A stretch of 64,000 nucleotides of DNA, from contig CM052824.1 of assembly GCA_028534125.1 (NCBI GenBank), positions 60,698,001 through 60,762,000 of the forward strand, in the 5' to 3' direction. The notes beneath the pieces were generated by a model. That model was not told the origin of the DNA. It saw nothing but the letters and a program-made list of their open reading frames with translations, and ran no database searches. Shown here one piece after another: positions 36,090-48,985 of this stretch (positions within the stretch are counted from its first letter, which is position 1; each line of letters starts with the position of its first letter). The translations under genes were made by a program, and so were the position numbers. The DNA is from Lama glama (lineage: Eukaryota).

Positions 36090-36460
36090 CCAGGACGGTG
36101 ATGATCAGAAACCAGAAAACAGCACGTACGGACAGGAATGAGCAGAAACCGGGACCCCGGGCGCTGCTGGGGGGAGTGTAAAATGGCGCAGCTGCTGTTA
36201 AACAGACTCACCCTGTGACTCACAGTCCTGCTCCTAGGAAAAAACCCAGAGGACCTGGGGACACTTGTGCCCGGACGCTCACGGCAGCAGAGTCACACGA
36301 GCCAAAAGGTGGAAGCAGCCCCGTGCCGAAAAGCGGATGAACAGATAAGCCACACGGGGTGTGCCATGACATGGAGTGTTCTTGAGGCAGGAAAAACGGG
36401 CAAGGGCACATGGATGCTTGCTGCCACGTGGGTGAACCCCAAGCCGTGATGCTCAGTGCG
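36090..36460 (+). mobile_element. Decayed L1 3' fragment
   Basis: AACAGCACGTAC..GAATGAGCAGAAACCGGGACCC..TGCTGGGGGAGTGTAAAATGGCGCAGC and AAAAGGTGGAAGCAGCCC..GATGAACAGATAAGC. Confidence 0.7.
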
Positions 36461-36632
36461 AGGAGCAGACCGAGAGCACGGGGGTGAGTCCAGCTACTCA
36501 GAGTCATGGGCGCAGAGTGGGTCAGCCCAGGGGCAGAGAGCAGCACGGAGGCCGCGCACTGCGCAACGCAGACGGCGATGCGTCTGGTGCCGCCCCCGCC
36601 CCAATGAAGGCGGTACCACACGGCGGCCTCAC

Positions 36633-36821
36633 CTCGTCGTCGTGGACCAACTCCTTCTTGACCACCTTCATGGCGTACACCTGGTCGTTCTTCTTCAGCC
36701 GCACCAGCAGCACCTTGGCGTAGCTCCCGCGCCCGATGACCCGGATCAGGTCGAAGTCCTGCAGCCCGAGCCCCTGAGAGATTTTGATTCCATCCATGCC
36801 GTCAATGACCGGCTTGAGGTC
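36633..36821 (-). CDS. PRKCZ: PRKCZ exon 9 ([38 protein letters not shown])
   Basis: aPKC glycine loop GRGSYA and the catalytic Lys (AMK). 189 nt with AG/GT boundaries. Confidence 0.98.
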
Positions 36822-37179
36822 CTGGGTGGCGACAGGCAAGAGGAAGTGGGCAGGGGACCCTCACGCGCCCACTCTAGGTCTCAAAGACTGCCATCCGCAC
36901 CCCACTCAGGAGTAAGGCCCCAGAACAAGTCGTGTGTGCGGTCCTGAAGGGCACACACGACGTCCGAAAGCCGCCACCAGCCGCAGGTGGCCCCTCTGCG
37001 AGCAAGCAGGGAGCCCGGGTCCAGCCCCACCAGGACGGGTGAGTTTCACAGCGGGAAAGGCGTGCCCTTCCCCGGGTGTTGTTGCTCCCTGAGGCTTTGG
37101 GGATGGTGGCTGAGAACAGCCACTGTGACCTGCTCTTCCCCAGGGGCACAGTGTCTCACCGCAGCCCAACCGGGACCTC

Positions 37180-37850
37180 GTGATGTATAGCATGAAATAC
37201 ACATTCATTCTAGGACCCCTTTCCGGGGGCACAGCCAGCACGGGGTCTTCTGTTACGTTAACGAGGCAACTTTGGGGAAGCTGCTAGGGCACGTCCTGAT
37301 GGAGCTGGCTGCCAGGGGAACGACCCCATGGTTAGACGGTTGGCCCTCCAGGGAGGGAGAGGGGCTGGGGTGAACCCGTCCCAGTGGCTGATGATCCAGC
37401 CATCGAGCCAGTGTAAGGAAACCTCCACACGGGCCCCAAAGGACTGGCCGGAAGGTGCTCACCCGGGGGGAGCGAGGACGCTCCCAGCTGTTCCCCACAC
37501 GGCGCCCGGGCTTCTCTCCCAGCTGGCCGGCCCTGAGTTACATCCTTTTACAGCAAACCAGTGGTCTGGGAAGTAAACTGTTTCTCTGAATCCTGGGAGC
37601 TGCTGTAGCCAATCAGGTGAGGCTACGGGACCCTCCAGTCTACAGGCGGTAGGCCAGAAGCCCAGGTGACAACCTGGACTTGAGACTGGGATCTAGAGAG
37701 AGTGTGCGGAGGGGCAGGCTTGTGGGGCCGAGCCCATAACCTGTGGGATCTGGCGCGACCCCCGGCAGCTCGTGTCAGAACTGGGTTAAGCTGTCGGACA
37801 CCTGCTCAGTGTCGGCTGAGCACTGGAGGGTTGCTCGTGGAGCTGAAAGC
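37180..37850 (+). mobile_element. MER21-like LTR
   Basis: AGGGAGGGAGAGGGGCTGG, AGTAAACTGTTTCTCTGA, GGTGACAACCTGGACTTG, AACCTGTGGGATCTG and GTGTCAGAACTG motifs. Confidence 0.7.
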
Positions 37851-39051
37851 ACTCGGAAATAAAGGAAGGATTTCCTGCCATGAAATCTGATGCAAGTTGC
37901 TGCTCCGGAGCCAGCCCTGCACCCTCTGCTGTCCGGGTGGGGTGGGAGCAGGGAGACCACACACACAGCAGAGGATGTGCCAGGCCCCAGGCCCCAGAGA
38001 GCCTCTGGGGCAGCAGCCCCTGGGGGTTCATGAAGGAGGTGCCCCGGCCAGACCCAGCCATGGAGACAGCAGGCTGCCTCTGGAGCCAGCCTTGGGCCGG
38101 GCGCCCCCTCTCACCCCTCGACAGACTCCGCCATGCTGGACACCCCTCCCCCACAGCCAGAGGCCTGTGCCCCAAGTGAGAGGTGCATGTGAGCACCAAC
38201 GTCTCTGCCACAGGATGGGACCACCGTCACCGGGAACATACAGCGACTGGAGAAAACATGAGAATCTGGAGGCTGGATGCAAGAGGGAGAACTCAGCCCT
38301 CTCGGGGGGTGAGCACCCGGCAGCCTGCTCCGGCCCTGGGCCCACCCCACCCGGGATCAAGGGCAGAGCCAATCAAGGGCCATCCCTGCGCGTGGACCCC
38401 TGTAGTAAGGCCAGCCATGCGGGAGGACCAAGATGACGAGTGATCCCGTCCTGTCTTGTCTCAAAGCACAAGAGCACGGGGTTCCCTCTGTGGAGGTCGC
38501 CTGTGCCCCTTGTGGCCCCCGTGATGGCCTGAGCCACCTGGACTGGTGTGGAGACAACCACACGAACGGTCAGTGCTGTGGAGAGCGTCCTGCATGCTGG
38601 GCGTGGCACCGAGCGTTTAGACAGATGCTCTCAGTTTATCCTCACAAAAGGTGCAATCATCACCAGAACCTGACAGAAGAGGATCCTCAGGTCAGAGAGG
38701 TCCCCTGACCCAGGCTGAGACCAGGGCTCACACAGACTCAGCCACGACCCCACACCCCCAATTCTGCATCGCTGTCAGGGTTGAGCACCACACCCTCGGC
38801 TCTGAGACTCCACAGCAGGTCACGTTTGGTCATGTTCGCCTGCTCTCTGTTCATCTACCTGCTCAGAGAGCGCCTCTGTGCCAAACCGCTGACCCATCTG
38901 CCTCGGACGTCCACAGACCACACCCTCGTGTAAGACGGGCGACAGTTCCCGGACGGCGAGCTCACATTTAAATTCCCACAACTGCCCCAGAAATGAGCTA
39001 CGGGCCCACAAAGGGCTCTGGAGGCACCAACGAGGCCGTTTCTACACTCAC

Positions 39052-39104
39052 CTCAGAAGCATCTTTAATGCTGTCGTGTTTCCGGGTTGAAGAAATATAA
39101 GCAA
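39052..39104 (-). CDS. PRKCZ: PRKCZ exon 8 (IAYISSTRKHDSIKDASE)
   Basis: Translated by hand. 53 nt, strong pyrimidine tract plus TAG acceptor and GAG|GTGAGT donor. Phases fit exons 7 and 9. Confidence 0.93.
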
Positions 39105-39897
39105 CTAGAGAAGAGAGAAGGGAAAGGGTGTTGCAGGCGTCGGGAGCACGGCCCGCAGCACGGGGACCCCCGGCCCTTCCCCCTCAGGCGCCGCTCGGGG
39201 CGGCCACGTCTGACTCTGAACTTCTGGGGTTGGGGACCTGCATGCATGACAAGCTCCCCTGCTGACTCTCCCAGAAGCGACAGTCACGAGACTCCGGCCT
39301 TCTAGTCTGCTCTCACAGTGCACGGGGGATGGGTGGGCGGCTGGCAGGTGAGTGGTGGGTGGACAGTTGCAGGCTAAGAGTCTCCTTTGCGTGAGGTGTG
39401 GGCTGAGTGGACTATATTCTGGGGTCTCATTTTGTCCCAGGGGACGGGATTCACATTTCCGAGGGGCGGGCGAGGGCCCCCACACGCTCTTGTTAACAGT
39501 GCGTAACTGTAGCTCAGAGCTGGGCCGTCGGTCCACCTGGCATCAAAATCACCGTTGGAATGCTTCTTAGCATTAAAAAGTCTCCCCCACCCCCCAAAAA
39601 AGACAAAACCCCCACTAAAACCCAAGAACTACACCACAGCACGCCGTGTGCGCACAGATGGCATCCAGCATGTGGGCGGGGCCGGCCGCGGTGGCCGCAG
39701 CACTAGTGTCCTCCAGAACCCCCAGAGCGGGCACAGGGGGAAAGCCCCCAGCCCAGGACCCCAGGCAGCACGCTGGGAGGTGGGTGCCCTGGACGAGCCC
39801 GGCCCCGGCCCCCGCCCCCAGCGCGCAGCCAAGCTCCAGACCCTGGCGCTTGGAGGGAAGGGCTTCCTGGGGAGGACGGGCAGGCGGGCGGCCCTAC

Positions 39898-39976
39898 TTC
39901 CATCGGTCTCCTCGGAAGGAAGGTCCACGCCGTCGTTCTTGTCCACTGCAGGCTCCTGGGAGGGCATGACAGAATC
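39898..39976 (-). CDS. PRKCZ: PRKCZ exon 7 (DSVMPSQEPAVDKNDGVDLPSEETDG)
   Basis: Hinge region with the caspase-site-like EETD/G. 79 nt with AG/GT boundaries. Confidence 0.95.
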
Positions 39977-41025
39977 CTGCGGGGAGACGGGCGATACAGA
40001 GTGACCAGGCGGCGTCACGGCATCTCTTCTGGAGACACGGCGTGACTTTTCCAGGCGCCTGTGACACACACTGTAGCACACGTTGTGACAACTGCTACGT
40101 CACTGTGCTGAGCGAGGACAGAGGAACATGGACATCACCAGATCCCAACCCAGCCCGAGGCTGTGGCCTTGCCCACAGGGGCTGTATAAAATGGGTGCTT
40201 TTACATAATATTTAGCAACCCCCCCGCCCCCCATCCTGCGCGGTCAGGCACAGGCCCCAGCCCAGCTCAGCTCTGGGCTCCACAGCTGACCTCACAACGA
40301 GGCAGGTCCCTAGTGGACACCGAGCAGCAAGGACCACGTCCCTCAGACTCCGACGGCCTGCATCTTTGGGGCTGGTCCCACCTCTCAGACTAACGTGGAT
40401 CCAGAGAGTGGAAGGGTGCGTGTGCCTGTGTGGGTTCTGGCAGCCACGGTGAAAAGGACCTTTAGAAGCATGGAGCCAGGTCACCCCACAGGCTGGGTGG
40501 GGACCCTATGCCCCGGTGGTGTCGGGGGGAGACCAGACTGGGGCCCTCTCCTTGTCCTGGAGGAGGTGACGGCACACCAGCCCCAGGGCCGCCTTCCTCA
40601 CCCCACTGTGCCCAGGACCGGCTGACGGTTCAGCCCCTTCTCTCTCTCCAGGTCCAGCAGGCGTGACCGGCCGGCCAGGGCATGGGGAGGCCTGGACGCC
40701 CCGGTCCATGATCATGGGGCACACAGCACAGAGGGCCCTGACACCAGAGCAGCATGGCTCTTGCCCCCGCAGCTCCCGAGAGCTGCCTCCTGCCCGGGGT
40801 ACAGAGCTAGTTTGCCCACCTCCAGCCCAGAATGGCAGAGGGCACTGGAGGCCCCCCGAGAGTGCTGGAGGCTCACAGGGCTGGGGAAGAGGGGTCCATC
40901 CCGTCCCCTGGTCTGGTGGGTGGCAGGGACGGTGTCAGGTCCCCACAGGACAGAGGGGGACCACGGCACCAGGCTGGTGTGGACGGCCCCGCCCTGCCCC
41001 ACCCTGCCTGCCCCGCCACACTCAC

Positions 41026-41157
41026 CATATGCCTTCTGCAGGGCAGCGGGACGAGCGCGTGGCAGCGCTTATGGACCAGCAGTCTGCAGCTGATGCACCT
41101 GTAGCCCTGCCTCGCGAGCCCCCATATCCTTTCGCTGCACTGGCCGCAGTACGCTCT
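41026..41157 (-). CDS. PRKCZ: PRKCZ exon 6 ([44 protein letters not shown]), atypical C1 domain; the last codon is the PKMzeta start Met
   Basis: C1 Cys/His pattern. 132 nt with AG/GT boundaries. Confidence 0.97.
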
Positions 41158-43467
41158 CTGCACGGGATGGGAATGGCAGCTGTCACGCCGGGGCCGGGGT
41201 GTCCCTGCAGCCCCAGCCACACAGAGGGGACACAGCACTGTCATGGATCTCAAAAGATGACCCGCATCGGGGAAGGGACAGTCCTGTCCCCTTGTCACAT
41301 CCCGGCCCTGGCCCCACCCACCTCAGCAGCCCCTACTTGGGTCCAGCCCAAGGTTCACAGAGCCAAGGGCCCCACAGAGGGGGCTCTGCTCCTTTGAGGG
41401 AGAAGCAAGGTGAGGACCCCCCTCCGCGGGCAGCCCCTCCTGCTTGCAGGGCCCTGGAGGGGAATAGCCGAGGGGCCCTGTCCACCGGCAGTGACCCAGG
41501 TTGAGGAGGGTGTGGCGAAAGCCACTGCCCGACCCTCGTCCAGACGCCCCATCTACCCACCGACCACGGGAAGAACTCCCCCTGGCGTCCTGGCACCCTG
41601 GGGCGCTGTGCAATTAACTGGGGGTTTTCCCAGCATCTTGAAAGATTTTAAATGGTCAATCTTTGGTCTTCTAGGCTCTAGACATCTGAAATTCGTGGTA
41701 ATTATCAGCTTGTTTGGTGACCTTTCATGATTTTGGAATATCACAAAATGCACGGAGATGAGCGTGTCTGAAGTCTAGTCACACGCCGGCACTCGGAGCC
41801 AAAGCTCCCAGTTACGAGGTGTCTGCGTGTCACAGGTTTCCTGCTCAGTTTCTTCCAGTCACGACTTATTTACACGTTTTAGCCTTCTTCCACCATTTTA
41901 ACATACTTCCTTCTTTTGAGAGTTTCGAGTTACTCCTGAAGCCAGAGAGGACGCACTGCACTTGCTGTCTGAAAGCTCACTGCACCCGCACGCCGCATGG
42001 GCCCGGGGGCCACGAGCCCCGCAGACGGCCTGCTCGCTCCCGATTTCTCCCCAGGAAGGAGCCGAGCTGGGCGCCAGGGCCTGAGGGAGCCCCCTCCCCA
42101 CACACAGTTCGCACACCTTGGTCGTGGCCGCACGGCCAGCACCTGGGACAGTGCCCAGCACACAGGGGTGCCGGTGAATGTTAGCTGAGACAAGTCCACA
42201 CACACACACCCTACACTATCAACTTCAGTAACAGGAAAAAAGCAATGTATTCCATGTCCCCCACATAGCCTGAACCATCCTCCCAAACATGGGCAAACAT
42301 GGGCCATGGGGCACGCTCTGGGACGGCAGCGAGGGCCACACAAGGGGCCCTGCCTCCCCAGACCCCTGTCTCAGGCCAGCCCCGTGTAGCGCCAGCTCTG
42401 GCAGCTCTGCCCAGGAGGCAGCTGCTAAATGAGCAAACTCAGATCTCAGAGAAAGGCTGCACCTTGGAAGACTGGTTTTCATCCCGTTCTGCGTCTCCAG
42501 CCCCGTCCAACACCAGTTACCACTCTCGAGTCCAGTAAAAAAAATTCACCCTCCCTTATGTGACATGCTAGACGTGTTTAGCTTTCTCTGCACCACCATT
42601 TAACACCTTGGTGAGCAATGCTTGGATCACATCTGGCGGCAACTTCACAGCCACTTGGTTACTTTCCAAATTAACAAAGGTCCCTTTTCCTACAGAGCCC
42701 ACCCTTACCAGGGGCTAGGCTGGGACAACAGTCACTGAGAGCAGTGTGAGTTTGCCAGGAGTCAGGACCCGTTGCGTTGAGGGGTCCTGCCACTGTGTTG
42801 CCAAGAGCTCTTTATTTCAAACCTACATTTGAATTATCAGTATTTCAGGAAATGTGCCTCTAAAAAATAAAACACAACTTAAAAGCCAAGCTTCTATTCT
42901 CAGAAGTTCACATGAATTAACAGATTAATGGGGTGAAAAAATTTTCAAGTCTCTCCTACATGCTGCCAAAGCAGGTCCTTGCTCATATTTTTCATTATCG
43001 AGTTCAATTTTCTAACTGTACTGAGCCCTGACTTCATGTGCAGGCAGAGCGAGCGTTCAGGCTGGGTCTCTGCAGGTGCTTGCCTGGGACACGGGTTCCC
43101 GCAGTGATTTGTGATTTTGGACTGTGAACTCAGATTTCTTTTCATTTATCTGGGAATTCTCTGAGGCTGGGCTGACGAGACCTGTGCCCCTGCCAGCCTC
43201 CTGGGGGCGCTGCTGGGATGTGTGGACTCGGGGGCAGTGGTGTGAGGTCCAGCGGGAGGCTTCAGACTCTCAGGAAGAGCGGTCCCCCACCCCACATGAG
43301 GTGTCAGGAGCTGTCTTGCTGTTGCTGGGGACGCAGCCACCCTCCTCCTCCCTCCCTGAGCCCCATTTCATGCCACTGTGGCGTGGGGAGGGGTCTCATC
43401 CTAGGCCCCAGGCCTGCCCCTCTCCTGGTCTTGGTCACGCGGCAAGTGGCACCTCCACCCTCCTGGC

Positions 43468-43664
43468 CTGGGGGTGGACAAACTACAGCCTGGGCAGGTA
43501 GGGCTGCCACCTGCTCTCATCAACAAAGTTTTATTGGAACACAGCTGCGCTCACTGTTCACCTCCTGCCGGGGGCCCAGCTGAGTAGCTGTGACAGGCCT
43601 GATGGCCCACAAAACCTAAAATGGTTACTCTCAGGCCCTTCCCAGGAAAGGCCTATAACCCCTG
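43468..43664. mobile_element. MER58A-like hAT-Charlie MITE
   Basis: GGGGTGGACAAACTACAGCC...AAAGTTTTATTGGAACACAGC...GGCCCACAAAACCTAAAAT...AACCCCTG, with degenerate terminal inverted repeats. Confidence 0.8.
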
Positions 43665-46164
43665 TTCTAGTCGCTCAGATGGAAAAGCCAGGGGAATCCT
43701 TGAGCAGCACAGCCACCCCCCTGGCTCCCCAAGTCCCTTCCCGAGGGACCCAGGATCTTCTGCCTCCGGTCCGCTCACAGAAAAGGCCAAAGTCCTCCGC
43801 TGGCCCTGCAGCAGCAGCAGCCCCGGAGGTGGGTGTGGAGTATAAAGTGCTGAGGGTCACACCCTGCGCTTGGGGCCAGGGTCACAGAGCAAAGTCCAGA
43901 CACCGCCCTGTCTGGGAAAGTAACGGGGCACCGCTTCCTGAGCGCAAACCGCAGGACTGCAGGGCGGGGGCGACCGATCCACTGAGCATTCCCCCAAGAG
44001 CTTTCCAGAAAGTCTGGGTCCGAGTCTGCACCCCCAGGAGCGCGGGAACCCTGCCACCATGCACACGGCAGACGGAGCTCTAATGCCTCTTGGTGTCTCT
44101 CATTTCTCCGATGACCAGTGAGGGTCAGAGCGCCTGCATTCGTGAAAATTACCCTTCTCGCTTTAATTAACCATCCGTATCCTTGTCCAACCTCAGACTC
44201 CCGGGGTTCACCAAAACGCCGCAGCTCTTTACTACTGAACACACGTGTCATCTGATCTCTCATTATAGGTTTTGCTACAAACATCTTCCCCGTGTGCTTT
44301 TTGTGCTGACTTTGTGAGGAAACTACAGAAGCCCGAGACGTGTGTGCAGCTGAGTCTAAAGGCCCACTTCCCTCCGGTGCTCCCTGCGCGGGCTTCCCTT
44401 CGAGGCCTGTGCTGCTCCTGGGCTTTTATGACGCACTGCACATCTGTCCACCTGTGACTGACTCTGATGTGAACAAAGGACCTGGAACTGACTGACTGTC
44501 TCCTTGGACTCACGGGGAGAGCCCTCTGCTCCTTTACAGGAAGCGCTCGCGCCCACACGGTCTCTGAACATCAGTTCTGACCCACAGGCTGGGGCTCCCG
44601 GTCGACTGTTCCCGCTCCGTGCCGCCCGGGGCTCAGGACCTCAGGGTCTCCCTTCCTGGGGTGGGCGCCGCCCTCAGCTCCTGAGACACTCTCTGGCTCT
44701 CTCCCTTCCGGTCACCAGCTGAGTCTTCTTTCATCACTCTGGAAGAAAGCGCTGTCAAGGGCAGATACAGCCCTAGGCAGGGAGCCTCGGGCCAGTGAGA
44801 CTGGCCACGCTCACTTTCCGACCTTGGGTCACCGGCAGAGAACGTGAGAAGTGAGAAGTGGGCTTCTCCCTGTAAGTCTTGCCAATTCCCGCCGGACCAG
44901 GCGAGTGGCTCTCGGGACGCCACTTTCAAGGACACACAGGAATGCCTGGCAGCCCCATAATTAACCCAAGGGAAATGGTGGGAAGGTGCGGCCTCCAGAC
45001 TTAAACCCAAGGACAACCAGGTGGGACGTCAGCCCAGTGACACGCCCGCCTCCCCATCTACAAAGGGCCGAACAGTCTAGGAGTTGGGGGTCTCAGTGGG
45101 CTCCCTTCTCGCCCTCCCAGCGTCTGTGAAAACCTGCTCGTTGGTGCTCTGGGGAGAGCTGGGCATCTGTAATGGGGTGGGAGGGGGCAAGAGTGGGAAC
45201 CCCCACCCAGTCCCCGCTCCTCCAGGGGGAGGGAAAGCTTTTGCCCACTGATTTTGGGGTGGGGACGGTGGGAGGTGCAGGACGAGTGCCTGCAACCTGC
45301 AATCAGACAAACGGGGGTTCCCCTTGAAACCCACAGGGCGGGAGGGGCAGGGCCCCTCTGTGCTGCCTGGCTCTGCCTGCCTCGCTGGGTGGGTGGGCTT
45401 CACCTTGGACCAGTCAGCCAGTCATGAGGGAAATGAGCATTTCTCTGATGTCCTGAAGGGTGGCCCGTCCCTTTTGCCTGAGACCCTCCTTTGGCCACAA
45501 CCGAGCTGGTGCCTAGATGCACAGGAAGAGAAGTCACCTGGCCACAAGCTGGTCAGTTGTCTGTTTTTTAAACAAACGTTAAGAGGGTGGGCAGTGGGTG
45601 CCCTGTGTCATGGGGGCTGGGAGGCCTCCATTCGCCAGGTTTCATCCTGTCCATCTGGATGGCTCACAGCAAACACTCAAGTCCATACTCGGTCAGCTGG
45701 CCCAGAAATTTGACAAGGGTCCATCACTCCTCCGTCCTCTGTTCGCACTCAGCGACGCCCGACCTCCCCACGGCATCTGATGCCCTGAGGACCCCGCATT
45801 CTCCAATATCCGCCTCAGTTCCCAAGGCTCTTCTTGCCCCCCATGGATGGGCTCCTACCTTCCTAGTCCCCAGGACAGCACCCTGGTCTCCCACAGCCGC
45901 TCTGCTCCGATCACTAACTATGATGAATGATAAACCAGTGTGTAGCGTGCACCTACGAGGTGCGGGTCCGGGGACACAGCCTGCAGGGTGGAGCGCCACG
46001 CCCAATGGGGAGACGTGCACACGGGCCGTGAGGGGCACGGCGGAGGGGCTGCCGGGATGGACACTGGAGCCACGACAGGAAGTAGGGGAGGGTGAGCTCT
46101 GGAGACGAGGACAGGGCGGCAGAGCACTCAGCACAGGTGAGGCCCCAGGGAGCGGTGCTCGGTT

Positions 46165-46545
46165 GCTGTGCTGAACGCATCGTGGCCCCCCAGATTCATG
46201 ACCACCCAGGGCCTCGTCCGGAAAAAGCATCTCATCACCGCAGTTAGTCAAGTTGAAATGAGGTCGTCCTGGGTTCGGGTGGGTCCCCGTCATGACTGGT
46301 GTCCTGGGAAGGGCAGAGGCAGACAGCGAGGAGGCGGCAAGGGCTGGAGAGCTGCAGCGACCAGCCAAGGAGCGCCCAGAACTGCCAGCAGCCCCAGGAC
46401 AGAGCCCCCCCTGGGGAGGGGCAGGGGAGGGAGCGCGGCCCGGCCGGTGCGCGGCTTGGACTTCAGACTCCTGAGCTGAGACAGAATGAGTTTCTGTCTG
46501 AAGCACCCAGTCTGTGGTGCTTCGCTCTGGCAGCCCCGGGACACC
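46165..46545 (+). mobile_element. MaLR (MLT1-like) solo LTR
   Basis: TTAGTCAAGTTGAAATGAGGTC..GGGTGGG..ATGACTGGTGTCCT, AGCCAAGGAGCGCC, GACTTC..CTGAGACAGAATGAGTTTCTGT..AAGCACCCAGTCTGTGGT. Confidence 0.75.
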
Positions 46546-47086
46546 TGGTCCTGGGCCACTGGGGCACCTGCGGGCACCTCCTCTCCCACGGGAAACGGAA
46601 TGATGACAGAGCCATGTGAAGCACATCGCCTCTACAGAACGTGAAAGCTTCACGAGGAGAAACGAGGACACTCAGCAAGGCGCCCTGTGGCACAGGCCGG
46701 GCAGGGCCCACCTGGGCCAGGGACCAGGGTGCTGTCCAGGGGTTCTGGATTCACGGGAGACCCCTGCAACCGACGGGAAACACGTGAACCCTGGTTCCGT
46801 GTCAGATCAGCAGTCTTCCGAATGTGAGCGGGCGGGACCTCGGAGCCCCGGGGCCCTGGCGAGGGTTCCGTGCCAGGGACACACAGGGTGCTTTCATCAC
46901 GCAGCTGCTGTCTGAGAAAAGGCCGACTGGCACCCTCACGGGCTTGGGAAGCATGTAAAAGGCTCACAGCAGAGCTTGTGTGATACTGGCTCAGAGTGCC
47001 CCGCAGAGCCCAGCGCTCGGGGCGGAAAGCTCTTCCCGGGAAAGCAGCACACGGCTCGCGGACGGTCGGGGGGGGGCTGCACTCAC

Positions 47087-47172
47087 CCTGTTAAAGCGCT
47101 TGGCTTGGAAGAGGTGGCCGTTGGCGCGGTACAGCTTCCTCCATCTTCTGGCTCCGCGGCGGTAGATGGATT
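47087..47172 (-). CDS. PRKCZ: PRKCZ exon 5 ([28 protein letters not shown]), pseudosubstrate
   Basis: Exact aPKC pseudosubstrate [13 protein letters not shown]. 86 nt, CAG|AA and AGG|GTGAGT. Confidence 0.98.
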
Positions 47173-48709
47173 CTGGACAGAACACGAGAAAGGGGTAAAG
47201 AAACAGCAGGGTGGCCCGCGAGCCCAGCTCCCCGACGCAGGGTGCCACGGGGGACAGGACGCCCCAACCGAGTGGCCGGTGGAGCTGAAATGACAGTGTC
47301 CCCCGGGGACTGTCCCCTCTGCTTCCCCTCACCTGGCTCTCGAGTCACCACTGCGGCTGCTAGAGAAGGGGACCTGGGCAGGGAGGACGGAGGTGGGGGC
47401 AGCCCCGACGGCAGCCGGGACTGCCCGCAGGGACGCTGCCCGCCCGGGGTCAGGCTGTGAAGCCACTCGGGCCCTGTGCGCCCTCCCAGGTGTTTCCTTT
47501 TCCACCCTCTTTCCCTCCGGGCATGAAAACTCCCCCTTTCCACACAGGAACACGGCTCAGATGGGCTGAGAGCTCCCGCAACATTTACTTCGGCGGAGGG
47601 ACCCTGGATGCCGTGTTCGTGGTCGGCCTGAAACGCAGCGCTCGGCCAGCACCACCCACCCCTGCCCCAGACACCGGAGGGAAGTAAAGCAAAACCAACG
47701 GACAGTTCGGTTCAATCGCAAGTTCCCCCAAAACGCTGCTTTCCCACCGCACGTTCAGTGACTCAGACTTCACGGAAGAGGGCCGCCAATTACACACGCC
47801 GAGATCAGGCGTGTGACCCGCATCCTTCCCCCCAGTGGTTCTAGCTCTGCTCCTTCAAGACGCTTGGAAACCAAAGTACGTGAAAACAAAATATTCAGGA
47901 TACAAGGGGAAGCTTTGTGCTTTGACAAAGTCCTGCAGTAAAGGCGACTTTCATGGGAGTCATGGAAGTGCCAGGAAAATACTAATGTGGAAACTCTAAC
48001 GGAATGTTTTTAAAACAAGCAATTACCAGCCCCGCCTGGAACCTGCCCGAATCGGGTCACGGTGATTGCAAAGCGGCTTCTCTCCCTTTAAATGGGAGAC
48101 TAAGTGAGAAACCAAGCAGCCCGGGGGCCCCTGGGAGCAGCTGAGAAACCAAGCAGCCCCCCAGCTGCCCCAGCGTCGCCGGCGGCCCCTCAGATGCACC
48201 CAAGGCCAGGCTGGAGGCAGCTCCACCCTCCCCCGGAGGTCCCACAGTGGGACTCGGGCCAACTCCCACAGCCCACCTGACCCTCGGCTCTAAGGATGCC
48301 CTGCTGATGGCAGCATGCGGATGCCCACACCTGGTCCTCCTGGCCCATCTGGCTTGACTTGGGGGAAGTCTGGCCCATGGGAGGCCTCTGCTCATGTCCC
48401 CAGGACTGACCACCCCATGAGAGGCATTCACAACCCACAGAAGGAGAGGGAGGCACCAGGTTCTGGCTCTTCCTTGCGCTCAGTGCACGAGCCATGTGAA
48501 GGTCTAAAACTGCACCCCACTGTGTAGCCTTCAGATGCGATAAAACCCACTGGAAATAGGAAACTCAAAGATGGCCTAGCAGAGGCCAAGGGGTATCAGG
48601 GAGCCCACAGCAGGCTGGAGAGCTCACCAAGGGGACAGGACAGAGGACCCGCGTGATGGACAGTGGGTGAGGCCCCTGTATCCCTAGCGAGAAAAACCCA
48701 GACCCTCGC

Positions 48710-48985
48710 TGTCAATGACCAAGTATGTGTGTCCCCCAAGTTCACATGCCGTGGGGCTGCATGTGGCGGTGGGGCCCCTAAGGAGGCAACGAGGGTTACT
48801 GGTCACAGGGTGGGGCCCCCATGCTGGAAGGACAGTCCTTCTAGACCCCAGAGCTCTCCCCACCACATGAGGACCCAGGGGGTGGAGGAAGGTCCTCACC
48901 AGGAACCTGCCTTCAAGCACCCGGGTCTGACTTCTAAACTCCAGACCCCTGAGAAACCAGTGCCTGTGCCTGAGCCCAGGTGAGG
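48710..48985 (+). mobile_element. MaLR (MLT1-like) LTR remnant
   Basis: TGTGTCCCCCAAGTTCACATG, GGTGGGGCCCC, CACATGAGGAC, CCTCACCAGGAACC and ACTCCAGAC..TGAGAAA. Confidence 0.6.

Noticed and set aside
48104-48162. Short direct repeat TGAGAAACCAAGCAGCCC x2
   Set aside because: An isolated 18-bp local duplication with no further structure.
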